Assembly: GCA_035947555.1 (NCBI GenBank) | Contig: DASZJZ010000081.1 | Location: 1 to 61,531, forward strand | Direction: 5' to 3' | From: Thermoleophilaceae bacterium | GTDB taxonomy: Bacteria; Actinomycetota; Thermoleophilia; Solirubrobacterales; Thermoleophilaceae | Length of the DNA stretch: 61,531 nt | In this document: positions 1-8,491 of the stretch, piece after piece | How the letters are laid out: the number at the start of each line of letters is the position of its first letter | Position numbering within the stretch: the first letter of the stretch is position 1 | The notes under the pieces: model-generated | What the model was told of the DNA's origin: nothing | The model's database searches: none | Seen by the model: the letters and a program-made list of their open reading frames with translations, nothing else | Made by a program: the position numbers and the translations under genes

Positions 1-1
1 C

Positions 2-1555
2 ACCGGGCTCCTGAACGACGCCCTCGCCTCCAGCCACTTCGCGATCGCGGGCAAGCTCACCGGCCACGACGCGATCGTCGTCAAGGGCGCCTGCGCCGAG
101 CCGTCCGTGCTGCTGATCGACGGCGACGGCCCGCGCCTGGAGCCGGCCGGCGACCTCTGGGGCCTTCCCGCCGCCGAGGCCGAGTCCCGGCTTCGCGAGC
201 GCCTCGGCAAGGCCTGGCGCGTGGCGTCGATCGGGCCCGCGGGCGAGAACCTCGTCAAGTACGCGACCGTCTCCCACGACGGCCGCCACGCCGGCCGCGG
301 CGGCCTCGGCGCCGTGCTCGGGTCAAAGCTGCTCAAGGCGGTCGCGGTGAAGCCCGCCACCAAGGTCGCCTCGGCGGACCCGCGCGCCGTCCTCGAGGCC
401 GCCCGCGACCTGCGCACGCGCTCGTTCGGCCCGGCCACCGCCAAGTACCGCGAGCTCGGCACGCTCGCGAACCTGCTCGCGTTCAACGCGATCGCCACGC
501 TGCCGACTCGCAACTTCCAGGAGTCGACGTTCACCGACGCCCCGCGGCTGGCGGCCGAGGACCTCGCCGAGGCGCGCGGCATCGCCCGCGACAGCTGCGC
601 CTCGTGCTCGATCGGCTGCGAGCACATCTACAAGGGCGCCGGCGGCAAGCAGGTCCGCGTGGAGTACGAGAACGTCTTCGCGCTCGGCCCGCTCTGCGGC
701 GTGTCGGACCCCGACGCGGTGCTCGAGGCGAGCCGCCGGTGCGACGAGCTCGGCCTCGACACGATCTCCGCCGGCGGCACGATCGCCTGGGCGATGGAGT
801 GCGCGGAGCGGGGGCTGATCGACGCGCCGTGGCTGCGGTTCGGCGACGCGGACGCGCTGCTGCGGGCGCTCGACGAGATCGGCGCCCGCGAGGGGCTCGG
901 CGCGCTGCTCGCCGAGGGCTCGCGCGCCGCCGCCGCCGACGTGGGGCAGGGCTCGATCGCGTTCGCCCCGCAGGTCAAGGGCATGGAGCTGCCCGGCTAC
1001 GAGCCGCGCACGCTGCAGGCCATGGCCCTCGGCCTGGCCGTCAACGCCCGCGGCGCCGACCACAACCGCTCGGGCGCGTACGAGGTCGACCTCGCGGGCG
1101 AGCTGGACCGGCTCGCCGGCGGCGACGCCCACGCCGCCGCGGCGATCGAGACCGAGGACCGCGCGGCGGTGATGGACTCGCTGATCCTCTGCAAGTTCCT
1201 GCGCGGCGTGTTCGCCGATCCGTGGCCGGAGTGGGCGGCGCTGCTCGCGCCCGTGACCGGCTGGGACCTCGACGAACGCGAGCTCCGCGGTACGGCCCGG
1301 CGCATCGTGCTCGCCAAGCGCCTCTACAACCTGCGCGAGGGCTGGACGCGCGCCGAGGACCGCCTGCCCGAGCGCTTCCTGAGCGAGCCGCTCACGCTCG
1401 ACTCGGGCCGCGAGGCCACGCTGACGCCGGACCGGCTGCGCGGCATGATCGATGCCTACTACGCGGGCCGAGGCCTCGACGCCGAGGGCCGTCCTGGGCC
1501 TGCCGTGAGCGACGAGCTCGGCTTGGACCTGTTCGTACCGCCAGAGGTAGCGTGA
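2..1555 (+). CDS. aldehyde:ferredoxin oxidoreductase (AOR) family protein, 5' end outside window
   Basis: Track ORF 107..1555 stays open in frame back to base 2 (TGLLNDALASSHFAIAGKLTGHDAIVVKG). AOR-type motifs DSCASCSIGCEH (4Fe-4S Cys) and CDELGLDTISAGGTIAWAMEC. Confidence 0.85.
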   Translation, partial: TGLLNDALASSHFAIAGKLTGHDAIVVKGACAEPSVLLIDGDGPRLEPAGDLWGLPAAEAESRLRERLGKAWRVASIGPAGENLVKYATVSHDGRHAGRGGLGAVLGSKLLKAVAVKPATKVASADPRAVLEAARDLRTRSFGPATAKYRELGTLANLLAFNAIATLPTRNFQESTFTDAPRLAAEDLAEARGIARDSCASCSIGCEHIYKGAGGKQVRVEYENVFALGPLCGVSDPDAVLEASRRCDELGLDTISAGGTIAWAMECAERGLIDAPWLRFGDADALLRALDEIGAREGLGALLAEGSRAAAADVGQGSIAFAPQVKGMELPGYEPRTLQAMALGLAVNARGADHNRSGAYEVDLAGELDRLAGGDAHAAAAIETEDRAAVMDSLILCKFLRGVFADPWPEWAALLAPVTGWDLDERELRGTARRIVLAKRLYNLREGWTRAEDRLPERFLSEPLTLDSGREATLTPDRLRGMIDAYYAGRGLDAEGRPGPAVSDELGLDLFVPPEVA

Positions 1556-1692
1556 GGCCCGTGGCGACGACCGCACCCGCGCCCACGAAGACCGTCACGC
1601 TGACGATCGACGGGCGCGAGGTGACGGTCCCCGAGGGGACGACGATCTGGGACGCCGCGAAGGACGCCGGCATCGGCGGCGCTTCGCCTTGA
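1552..1692 (+). pseudogene. 46-codon remnant of a 2Fe-2S ferredoxin-type N-terminal domain (NuoG/FdhA-like), ending before any Cys ligand
   Basis: GTG at 1552 overlaps the AOR stop (GTGA). Product VRPVATTAPAPTKTVTLTIDGREVTVPEGTTIWDAAKDAGIGGASP matches the start of NuoG/formate dehydrogenase alpha 2Fe-2S domains. The stop overlaps the moeA TTG (TTGA). Confidence 0.5.
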
Positions 1693-2930
1693 CACCTCCG
1701 CGGGGCCAGCGCGAGTTCTTCGCCGTGCGGACCGTCGGCGAGGCACTCGCCGGCTTCCGCCCCGCCCGGCGGACCGGCGCCGAGCGGGTACGGCTCGACG
1801 ATGCCCTCGGCCGCGTTCCCGCGGAAACGTTGCGGGCGCCGCATCCCCTGCCCGGCTTCGCGCGGGCGACGGTCGACGGTTTCGCCGTCCGGGCGGCCGA
1901 TACCTACGGCGTCTCGGACGGTCAGCCCGGCTACCTCGACCTTGCGGGCGAGGCGACGATGGGACAGCCGCCCGACGGCTCGCTGCGTCCGGGCGCGGCC
2001 ATCGCGATCGCCACCGGCGCCCCCCTCCCGCCGGGCGCGGACGCGGTGGTCAAGATCGAGCACACCCAGGCCACCCTGCCCGGACTGATCGAAGTGGTGC
2101 GCCCGGCCACGCCCGGTGAGGGAATGGTGCGTCCGGACGAGGACGCCTCCGCCGGAGCCGAGCTGGCGCGCTCAGGACGCCCACTCCGCCCCGCGGATCT
2201 GGGAATGCTGGCGGCTGCCGGACTGACCGAGATACCTGTGCACGCACGCCCGCGCGTGGCAATCGCTTCGACGGGCGACGAGCTCGTGCCCGCAGACACC
2301 CGCGACCTGGAAGTCGGCCAGGTCCGGGACGCCACAGCGCCCGCACTCGCCGCACTGGTCCGCGACGCAGGAGGCGAGCCACGCTTCGCGGGAATCGTCC
2401 CGGACGACCGCGAAGCACTGGAAGCGGCACTGCGGCGGGCGCTTGGCGGCGGCTGCGACCTCTTGGTCGTCTCCGCCGGCTCGTCCGTCGGCGCCCGGGA
2501 CGAGACCGCTTCGGCCATCGCCTCCCTCGGCGAGCCCGGCATCTGGTGCCACGGGCTCGCGCTGCGGCCGGGCAAGCCCACGCTTCTCGCCGCCTGCGGC
2601 GGCGTGCCGGTGATCGGCCTACCCGGCAACCCGCGCTCGGCGCTCGTCGTCTTCCGCCTGATCGGGATGCCGCTGGTTCGTCTCGTCGGCGGCTGCACCG
2701 AACCGCCGCCGGAGCCGACCGTCCGTGCCCGGCTCGCCCGTGACCTCCCGTCCGCGGCCGGACGGCTCGACGTCGTGCAGGTGGCACTCGACGGCGGCGT
2801 CGCCACACCGCTCTTCGGCTCCTCCTCCCTGCTGTCGATCCTCGCGCGGGCGGACGGCCACCTCGTCGTGCCGGAGGCCGCGACGGGCCTGCCCGCCGGC
2901 GCCGAGGTGGACGTCACGCTGTACCGGTAG
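1689..2930 (+). CDS. moeA: molybdopterin molybdenum/tungsten transferase MoeA
   Basis: 413 aa. MoeA-like N-terminus (VGEALAGF...LPGFARATVDGFAVRAADT), GADAVVKIEH, and an MoCF-binding region VAIASTGDELV...DLLVVSAGSSVGARD. Confidence 0.85.
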   Translation: MTPPRGQREFFAVRTVGEALAGFRPARRTGAERVRLDDALGRVPAETLRAPHPLPGFARATVDGFAVRAADTYGVSDGQPGYLDLAGEATMGQPPDGSLRPGAAIAIATGAPLPPGADAVVKIEHTQATLPGLIEVVRPATPGEGMVRPDEDASAGAELARSGRPLRPADLGMLAAAGLTEIPVHARPRVAIASTGDELVPADTRDLEVGQVRDATAPALAALVRDAGGEPRFAGIVPDDREALEAALRRALGGGCDLLVVSAGSSVGARDETASAIASLGEPGIWCHGLALRPGKPTLLAACGGVPVIGLPGNPRSALVVFRLIGMPLVRLVGGCTEPPPEPTVRARLARDLPSAAGRLDVVQVALDGGVATPLFGSSSLLSILARADGHLVVPEAATGLPAGAEVDVTLYR

Positions 2931-2954
2931 CGCCGCGCGCGGGAGGATTGGGGC

Positions 2955-5186
2955 GTGGCGCGCGCAACTCCCTTCATCCACGACGTGCCCGCGGCCGAGG
3001 CGTTCGCGGCGTGGATAGCGGCGTGCCGCGAGGCGGGCTGCCCCGAGCGAGTGGACGTCGTGACGGTGCCACTCGACGAGGCCGTCGGCCGAGTCACGGC
3101 TGAGCCCGTCTGGGCCAAGCGATCGTCACCGCCCTTCGACGCCTCCGCGATGGACGGGATCGCCGTCCGGGCGGCGGACACCGTGGGCGCCGGAGAGACG
3201 TCCCCCGTGCGACTTGGCCGTGACAAGTACGACGTCGTCGACACAGGCGACCCCATGCCGGCGGGCCGAGATGCCGTCGTGATGCGCGAAGACGTGCACT
3301 GGTTCGGCGGCGCGGGCGAAGCGGAGCGATTGGAGCCGGGGGCAGAGGAGTCGCGGGCAAGATCCGAGCGATCGGAGGCCGTGAGAGAGCAGTCGCGGGC
3401 GGGCTCCGAGCGATCGGAGGCCGTGACAGAGCAATCGCCGGCGGGATCCGAGCGATTGGAGGCCGTGACAGAGCGGTCGGAGGGGCGGGTGAGTGGAGGC
3501 GGAGAGAGGACCGAGCCGCTTGCGGGCGTCGAGCTGCGGGCGGCTGCCGCCCCGTACCAGCACGTCCGCTCGATCGGCGAGGACGTCAGCGCCGCCGAGC
3601 TGCTCCTGCCCGCCGGCCACCGGGTGCGGCCGGTGGACGCGGCCGCCGCCGGCGCCGCCGGCGTGACGGAGCTGGCGGTGCGCCGGGCGCCCGTTGTCGC
3701 GGTGATCCCCACGGGCGATGAGATCCGGCCGATCGGCGCCGAGCTTCGACCCGGCGAGCTGCCGGACACCAACTCGTTGATGCTCACGGCCCAGGCGTCC
3801 GAGGCGGGGTGCGAGGTGGTGCGCCACGGCGTCGTCCCTGACGATCCGCCGCAGATCGTCGAGGCGGTCCGGGACGCTGCCGCCGAAGCCGACCTCGTCA
3901 TCGTGATCGCCGGCTCGAGCGCGGGAAGGGACGACCACACCGCCGAAGTCGTCGCCGAGGCGGGCACGCTGGCGGTGCACGGAGTCGCCGTACGACCGGG
4001 CCACCCGGTGGTGCTCGGCGTGGTGGCCGCCGCCGAGCCGGCCGCCCGCCCGAGCGGAGGCGCTCCCACCGGCGACGTCGCTGCGGCCAGCGCATCCGCT
4101 CGCGCGGAAGCACCCGGCGCCCCGCGCGCATGCACGCCTGTCCTCGGCGCCCCCGGCTACCCCGTCTCCGCCGCCCTCACATTCGACATCTTCGCCGCGC
4201 CCCTTCTCGCCGTCCTCGAGGGCGCTCCCGCCCCGGACTGGCCTCGGGCGCGGGCGAGGCTTGCCCGCAAGCTCGCGTCCCACATGGGGAGCGACGACTG
4301 GGTTCGCGTCAGGCTCGGGCGAGTCGGGGGCGACCTCGTCGCCACCCCCCTCCCCCGCGGCGCCGGCGTCCTCACCTCGCTCGTCCGCGCCGACGGTCTG
4401 CTCGTCGTTCCGGCCTCCCTGGAGGGCCATCACGCCGGCGAGGAGGTCGAGGTCCGGCTGCTGCGCGGGGTCGGCGAGATCGAGCGCACCATCGTCGCCA
4501 CGGGCTCCCACGACCTCGTCCTCGACCTCGCGGCCTCGGCCCTGCGAACACGAGACCCCGGCATCGCGCTCGCCTCCTCGAACGTCGGCTCGCTCGCCGG
4601 CCTCGCCGCGCTGCGCGACGGCCTCTGCCACGTCGCCGGCTCTCACCTGCTCGACCCCGACACCGGCGAGTACACGCTTCCCTGGATCGAGAAGCTGATG
4701 CCGGACCGCGACCTTGCCGTGGTCCGCCTGACGCACCGCGAGCAGGGCCTGATCGTCGCGCCGGGCAACCCGCTCGGGCTCGAGGGCATCGCGGACCTCA
4801 CGAGACCCGGCCTTCGCTACGTGAACCGCCAGCGCGGCGCCGGCACGCGCGTGCTGCTCGACCAGCTGCTGCAGGAGCAGGGCATCGGGCCTGACCAGGT
4901 GGACGGCTACGCCCGCGAGGAGCACACCCACCTCGCCGTGGCCGCCGCCGTGGCGGCCGACCGGGCCGACTGCGGCCTTGGCGTGCTCGCCGCGGCGAGA
5001 GCTTTCGGCCTCGACTTCGTGCCCGTCACGAAGGAACCGTACGACCTCGTGCTGGAGCGCGCAGCCCTCGACTCGGAGCTCCTGGCGCCCCTCTGGGGCC
5101 TGCTCGACTCCAGCGACTTCCGCGCCGAGGTCGACGCCCTCGGCGGCTACGACACGACCGAGATGGGCCGCCGGATCATCGCCTAG
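2955..5186 (+). CDS. moeA: MoeA fused to a C-terminal periplasmic-binding-protein-like (PBP-like) domain, with two low-complexity insertions
   Basis: 743 aa. N-terminal MoeA motifs (SSPPFDASAMDGIAVRAADT, VAVIPTGDEIRP, DLVIVIAGSSAGRDD). C-terminal 250 aa (IVATGSHDLVLDLAA...GSHLLDPDTGEYT...YVNRQRGAGTRVLLD) resembles the PBP-like domain found fused to MoeA. Confidence 0.8.
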   Translation: MARATPFIHDVPAAEAFAAWIAACREAGCPERVDVVTVPLDEAVGRVTAEPVWAKRSSPPFDASAMDGIAVRAADTVGAGETSPVRLGRDKYDVVDTGDPMPAGRDAVVMREDVHWFGGAGEAERLEPGAEESRARSERSEAVREQSRAGSERSEAVTEQSPAGSERLEAVTERSEGRVSGGGERTEPLAGVELRAAAAPYQHVRSIGEDVSAAELLLPAGHRVRPVDAAAAGAAGVTELAVRRAPVVAVIPTGDEIRPIGAELRPGELPDTNSLMLTAQASEAGCEVVRHGVVPDDPPQIVEAVRDAAAEADLVIVIAGSSAGRDDHTAEVVAEAGTLAVHGVAVRPGHPVVLGVVAAAEPAARPSGGAPTGDVAAASASARAEAPGAPRACTPVLGAPGYPVSAALTFDIFAAPLLAVLEGAPAPDWPRARARLARKLASHMGSDDWVRVRLGRVGGDLVATPLPRGAGVLTSLVRADGLLVVPASLEGHHAGEEVEVRLLRGVGEIERTIVATGSHDLVLDLAASALRTRDPGIALASSNVGSLAGLAALRDGLCHVAGSHLLDPDTGEYTLPWIEKLMPDRDLAVVRLTHREQGLIVAPGNPLGLEGIADLTRPGLRYVNRQRGAGTRVLLDQLLQEQGIGPDQVDGYAREEHTHLAVAAAVAADRADCGLGVLAAARAFGLDFVPVTKEPYDLVLERAALDSELLAPLWGLLDSSDFRAEVDALGGYDTTEMGRRIIA
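3345..3488 (+). repeat. in-frame 42-bp tandem repeat, 3 full copies plus a partial, inside moeA-PBP
   Basis: Units 3345-3386, 3387-3428 and 3429-3470 encode EESRARSERSEAVR / EQSRAGSERSEAVT / EQSPAGSERLEAVT, followed by partial ERSEGR. Read directly from the sequence. Confidence 0.9.
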
Positions 5187-5212
5187 CCCGCGACCGGGAT
5201 AGGGTCCATGGC

Positions 5213-5524
5213 ATGGAGCTCTATGTCTGCTGGGGGACGTTCCCGGCGCCGTGGCGGCCGGGCGGCCACCCGTGCGGCAACGCCTACAACGCGCTCAGGG
5301 AGGCCGGCTGGGATCCGGAGGTGAAGAAGACGTACGGGCTGGGCGCGCTGCCCGACGCACTCACCCCGCAGCGCAAGCAGGTGCGCGAGCTTACGGGCCA
5401 GAACTGGGTGCCGGTGCTCGTGACCGACGACGGCGAGGTGATCCGGGAGTCGAAGAGGATCGTGGAGTGGGCCAAGGCGAACCCGGCCGTAGGGTCGGAC
5501 CGGGCGGCGCAGGCCGGGCAATAG
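5213..5524 (+). CDS. glutaredoxin/GST-N-terminal-like small thioredoxin-fold protein
   Basis: 103 aa. MELYVCWGTF...GHPCGNAYNALREAG...LTGQNWVPVLVTDDGEVIRESKRIVEWA (Grx/GST_N-like VP..., S/E-S motif). Confidence 0.65.
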   Translation: MELYVCWGTFPAPWRPGGHPCGNAYNALREAGWDPEVKKTYGLGALPDALTPQRKQVRELTGQNWVPVLVTDDGEVIRESKRIVEWAKANPAVGSDRAAQAGQ

Positions 5525-6463
5525 TCACGGGCGGCTCTCGCCGGCGCCCTGGATCCGGCCCTCGCGGCGGGCCTTGCGCAGGCCGTGCTTCGCGAGCAGC
5601 CCGTTGGCGAGCAGTAGCAGCGTCTTGTTGCGCGGCGCGCGGAAGGCGCTCGCCGTATGCGGTGCGTACAGGCCGTCCTCGAGCCAGCCGGTGTGCTGGC
5701 GCGCGCGCAGGCCCACCAGCTTGGCCTCGTAGGCGTGGCCCAGCAGGCCGGCTCGGCGCCCGCCCGCCGGCAGGGGCGCGCCGCTCGCCAGGCGAATGCC
5801 CTCCGGCGCCGCTCCCGCCACACGCACGGTGACCACGACCGGGAAGCCGTCCGCGCCGCGCCACGAGAGCAGCACGTGAGGCAACCTGGCGAGCCCTCGC
5901 CCGGCCTTCGCGGCGTCGAGCCGCGGACCCGTGCCCTTGGCCGGGGCGGGCTGAGGCTCCGGCGGGCCCTCCGGCCGGCTCGCTCCGTGCACCGCGGGCT
6001 CGCCCGAGCAGTCGAGCGACGACCAGACCACGAGCCGCTCCACGTCCACCGTCACCGGGACGCGATCCTCGTAGTACTCCCTCAGCCAGCGGTCCCAGAA
6101 AGGCCCGCGCCGCGGCGGGCCCATGAAGCGCTCCGCGGCGGGCCCGAGCACCCGCTCGTTCCAGTCGCGGTCGGCGGGCGGCACCGGGCGGCAGCGCCCC
6201 TGGACGAGCACGAAGGAATCGCCCGACGCGAACCCGTGGTCGCGCGCGTGGTAGGCGAGCGCCACGCGCGGGTCGCGCTCGATCCGCTCGAGCTTCCTAC
6301 CGAAGCCGAGCGAGGTGGTGAACGTCACCGTGCCCGCGTCGCGATCCCGCATGCCCACCGGCGCCACGGCAGTCACCACGGCGCCACCAGCGGGGGTCAG
6401 GTAGGCGAGGGCGGCGGTCATGTCGCCCGCCAGTACAGCGTCGACTTCGTCGGGCCAGGACAT
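5525..6463 (-). CDS. pyridoxamine 5'-phosphate oxidase (PPOX)-like family protein, two-domain
   Basis: 312 aa. N-terminal half AALAYLTPAGGAVVTAVAPVG...RKLERIERDPRVALAYH is typical of the PNPOx-like split barrel. A second similar half follows. Confidence 0.7.
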   Translation of the reverse strand: MSWPDEVDAVLAGDMTAALAYLTPAGGAVVTAVAPVGMRDRDAGTVTFTTSLGFGRKLERIERDPRVALAYHARDHGFASGDSFVLVQGRCRPVPPADRDWNERVLGPAAERFMGPPRRGPFWDRWLREYYEDRVPVTVDVERLVVWSSLDCSGEPAVHGASRPEGPPEPQPAPAKGTGPRLDAAKAGRGLARLPHVLLSWRGADGFPVVVTVRVAGAAPEGIRLASGAPLPAGGRRAGLLGHAYEAKLVGLRARQHTGWLEDGLYAPHTASAFRAPRNKTLLLLANGLLAKHGLRKARREGRIQGAGESRP

Positions 6464-6465
6464 GC

Positions 6466-7038
6466 TCAGCGGTGCACGGCTGCGAGAAGGCTCGCATAGG
6501 ACCGCACGAGCAGCGCCCGCTCACGCGCGAGCCGCGAGTCGTCGGGATCGCACCCGTCCTCGACCCAGCGATCTGACACGTCCATCGCCTCGGCGCGCAG
6601 CGCGGCCGCTGGTCTCACCTCGGCGGGGTCGACGGAATAGGAATAGGCATAGAGGTTGCGTAGGGCCTCCGTGAGCTCCTCCGACGGGCCGGAGCCCTCG
6701 GCGTGCTGAGCCTCACGGTGCACGCGCCACCACTCGACCTCGAGCCACGCGGCGTGGGTAGGCTGGAAGCTCTCGCCCGTGCTCTTGCGGAGCAGCTGGT
6801 AGAAGCGCGTCATGAGCCGTTGCGCCGCCTCCGGGTCGTTGTTCGGGTAAGGCGCCCAGACCTGATTCGCTCGGAGCACGAGCCAGGCGCCCACGAGCGT
6901 GCGCCACCAGGGCATGCCGAAGGCAGCGTGCACCAAGCCGACCGATGCCGCGAGAAAGGCCGGCCACTCGCGCCGGTAGTACGTCTCCCAGGCGCGGCAC
7001 TCCCGCCTTCCCACGGCCCGTGGGTCGAACGAGCGCAC
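6466..7038 (-). CDS. hypothetical protein (Trp-rich, conserved-looking)
   Basis: 190 aa with protein-like composition, 2 nt upstream of the PPOX-like gene on the same strand. No family recognised. Confidence 0.55.
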   Translation of the reverse strand: MRSFDPRAVGRRECRAWETYYRREWPAFLAASVGLVHAAFGMPWWRTLVGAWLVLRANQVWAPYPNNDPEAAQRLMTRFYQLLRKSTGESFQPTHAAWLEVEWWRVHREAQHAEGSGPSEELTEALRNLYAYSYSVDPAEVRPAAALRAEAMDVSDRWVEDGCDPDDSRLARERALLVRSYASLLAAVHR

Positions 7039-7091
7039 GCGGGCAGCATATGCGGGCCGCGCACCCGCCGCATGCCGTAGGGTCGCCGGTC

Positions 7092-7622
7092 ATGTCCGCC
7101 TCCATCGACCCCGGCCTGCGCCAGGCGCGTCAGGCGGTGCTCGACGCCCACTCCGCCGCCGAGACCGCCCACGACCTCGACGGCGTCATCGCCACCTTCC
7201 ACCGCCCTCGCTACGAGATCGTCCCCACCGGCGAGGTGTTCGACGGCGAAGAGGCCGTGCGGCGCTACCACGGCGAGAACTTCGCCGGCGTGCCCGACTT
7301 CCGGGTCGAGCCGATCGCGGCGCACCACGGGGAGGACGCGGTGGCGGAGGAGGGGTGGGTCAGCGGCACCCACCTCGGGACCTACCACGGCCTCCCGCCG
7401 ACCGGCCGCTTCGTGCGCGTGCGGGTCTGCGGCATCTTCGTGTTCGAGGAGGACCGGCTCGTCTGCGAGCGCGTCTACTACGACCTGCTCACCGTCCTGC
7501 GCGGCCTCGGCGTGGCGCGCGACCCCGACTCGGCCGCCGGGCAGCTCACCACGCTGCTGAACCACCCGCTTCACCTCGGCCGCGCATTCGGCCGCGAGCT
7601 CCTCCGCCGCCGCCGGGGCTGA
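7092..7622 (+). CDS. SnoaL-like ester cyclase / NTF2-fold protein
   Basis: I placed the start at ATG 7092 (MSASIDPGLRQARQAVLDAHSAAE...). Motifs YHGLPPTGRFVRVRVCGIFVFEEDRLVCERVYYD are typical of ester cyclases. The upstream part of track ORF 6945.. is R/P-rich. Confidence 0.7.
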   Translation: MSASIDPGLRQARQAVLDAHSAAETAHDLDGVIATFHRPRYEIVPTGEVFDGEEAVRRYHGENFAGVPDFRVEPIAAHHGEDAVAEEGWVSGTHLGTYHGLPPTGRFVRVRVCGIFVFEEDRLVCERVYYDLLTVLRGLGVARDPDSAAGQLTTLLNHPLHLGRAFGRELLRRRRG

Positions 7623-8491
7623 TGCTCCGCACGGTGCGCGCGGTCCGCTACGTCACGCCGCTGCGCGAGGGCGGCTCGCTGCCCGCGCTGGTGGAGGCCG
7701 ACGACGACGGCCTGTACGTGGTCAAGATGCGCGGCGCCGGTCAGGGCCCCAAGGCGCTGGTGGCGGAGATCGTGGCCGGAGAGCTGGCGCGGGAGCTCGG
7801 GCTCCCGGTCCCCGAGCTCGTGCTCGTGGAGCTCGACGAGCACCTGCCCGACGCCGAGCCGGACGCCGAGATCCAGGACCTCCTGGCGGCCAGCGCCGGC
7901 ACGAACGTGGGCCTCGACTTCCTCCCGGGCGCGCTGCCCTACGCCCCCGGCGGGTCGTTCGAGGTGGAGCCGCGGCTCGCCGCCGCGGTCGTCTGGCTCG
8001 ACGCGCTCGTCGAGAACGTCGACCGCACGCCGCGCAACGTGAACCTGCTCGTGTGGCATCGCCGGCTGTGGCTGATCGACCACGGTGCCGCGCTCTACCG
8101 CCACCACGCCGGCCTGGATCCGAAAGCCGCCCGCGGGCCGTTCCCCGCCGTGCGCGACCACGTGCTGCTCGAAGCGGCGAGCTCGATCGGGGACGCGGAC
8201 GCCGAGCTCGCGTCGCGCGTGACGCGCGAGCTGGTCGAGGACGTGCTGGCGAGGGTGCCGCGCGAGTGGCTCGAGCCGGCGGCGCCGGCCGGCTACGTCG
8301 AATACCTGGGCACGCGCCTGGAGGAGCCGCGCACATGGGTGGAGGAAGCGGAGGTCGCCCGCGTGCGGCGGGAGGAGGCGGAGCCCGCCCGCGCGCGGCC
8401 GGAGGAGGCGGAGGCGGCGCGTGCCGGACCGCAGGATGCGGATCCCACGCGGGCCCGACAGGAGGCGGATCACGTCCGTGCCCGACGCTGA
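7622..8491 (+). CDS. short HipA-superfamily serine/threonine kinase-like protein
   Basis: ATG 7622 overlaps the previous stop (TGATG). MLRTVRAVRYVTPLREGGSLPALVEADDDGLYVVKMRG...VENVDRTPRNVNLLVW...LWLIDHGAAL resembles the HipA_C catalytic and Mg loops. The C-terminus is a 30-bp repeat tail. Confidence 0.7.
   Translation: MLRTVRAVRYVTPLREGGSLPALVEADDDGLYVVKMRGAGQGPKALVAEIVAGELARELGLPVPELVLVELDEHLPDAEPDAEIQDLLAASAGTNVGLDFLPGALPYAPGGSFEVEPRLAAAVVWLDALVENVDRTPRNVNLLVWHRRLWLIDHGAALYRHHAGLDPKAARGPFPAVRDHVLLEAASSIGDADAELASRVTRELVEDVLARVPREWLEPAAPAGYVEYLGTRLEEPRTWVEEAEVARVRREEAEPARARPEEAEAARAGPQDADPTRARQEADHVRARR
8342..8491 (+). repeat. in-frame 30-bp tandem repeat, about 5 degenerating copies, forming the kinase C-terminus
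   Basis: Units start at 8342, 8372, 8402, 8432 and 8462. They encode EEAEVARVRR / EEAEPARARP / EEAEAARAGP / QDADPTRARQ / EADHVRARR. Confidence 0.85.

Noticed and set aside
3345-3488. Possibility that the 42-bp (3345-3488) and 30-bp (8342-8491) tandem repeats are CRISPR arrays
   Set aside because: The repeats are directly adjacent with no unique spacers. They are in frame inside coding sequences, and no cas genes are present.
1931-4135. 734-aa minus-strand ORF and the many other long ORFs overlapping the moeA genes
   Set aside because: The composition is extremely A/R/S/P/T/G-rich with no recognisable motifs, and they are antisense to two well-supported MoeA genes. This is the typical shadow ORF of a GC-rich genome.
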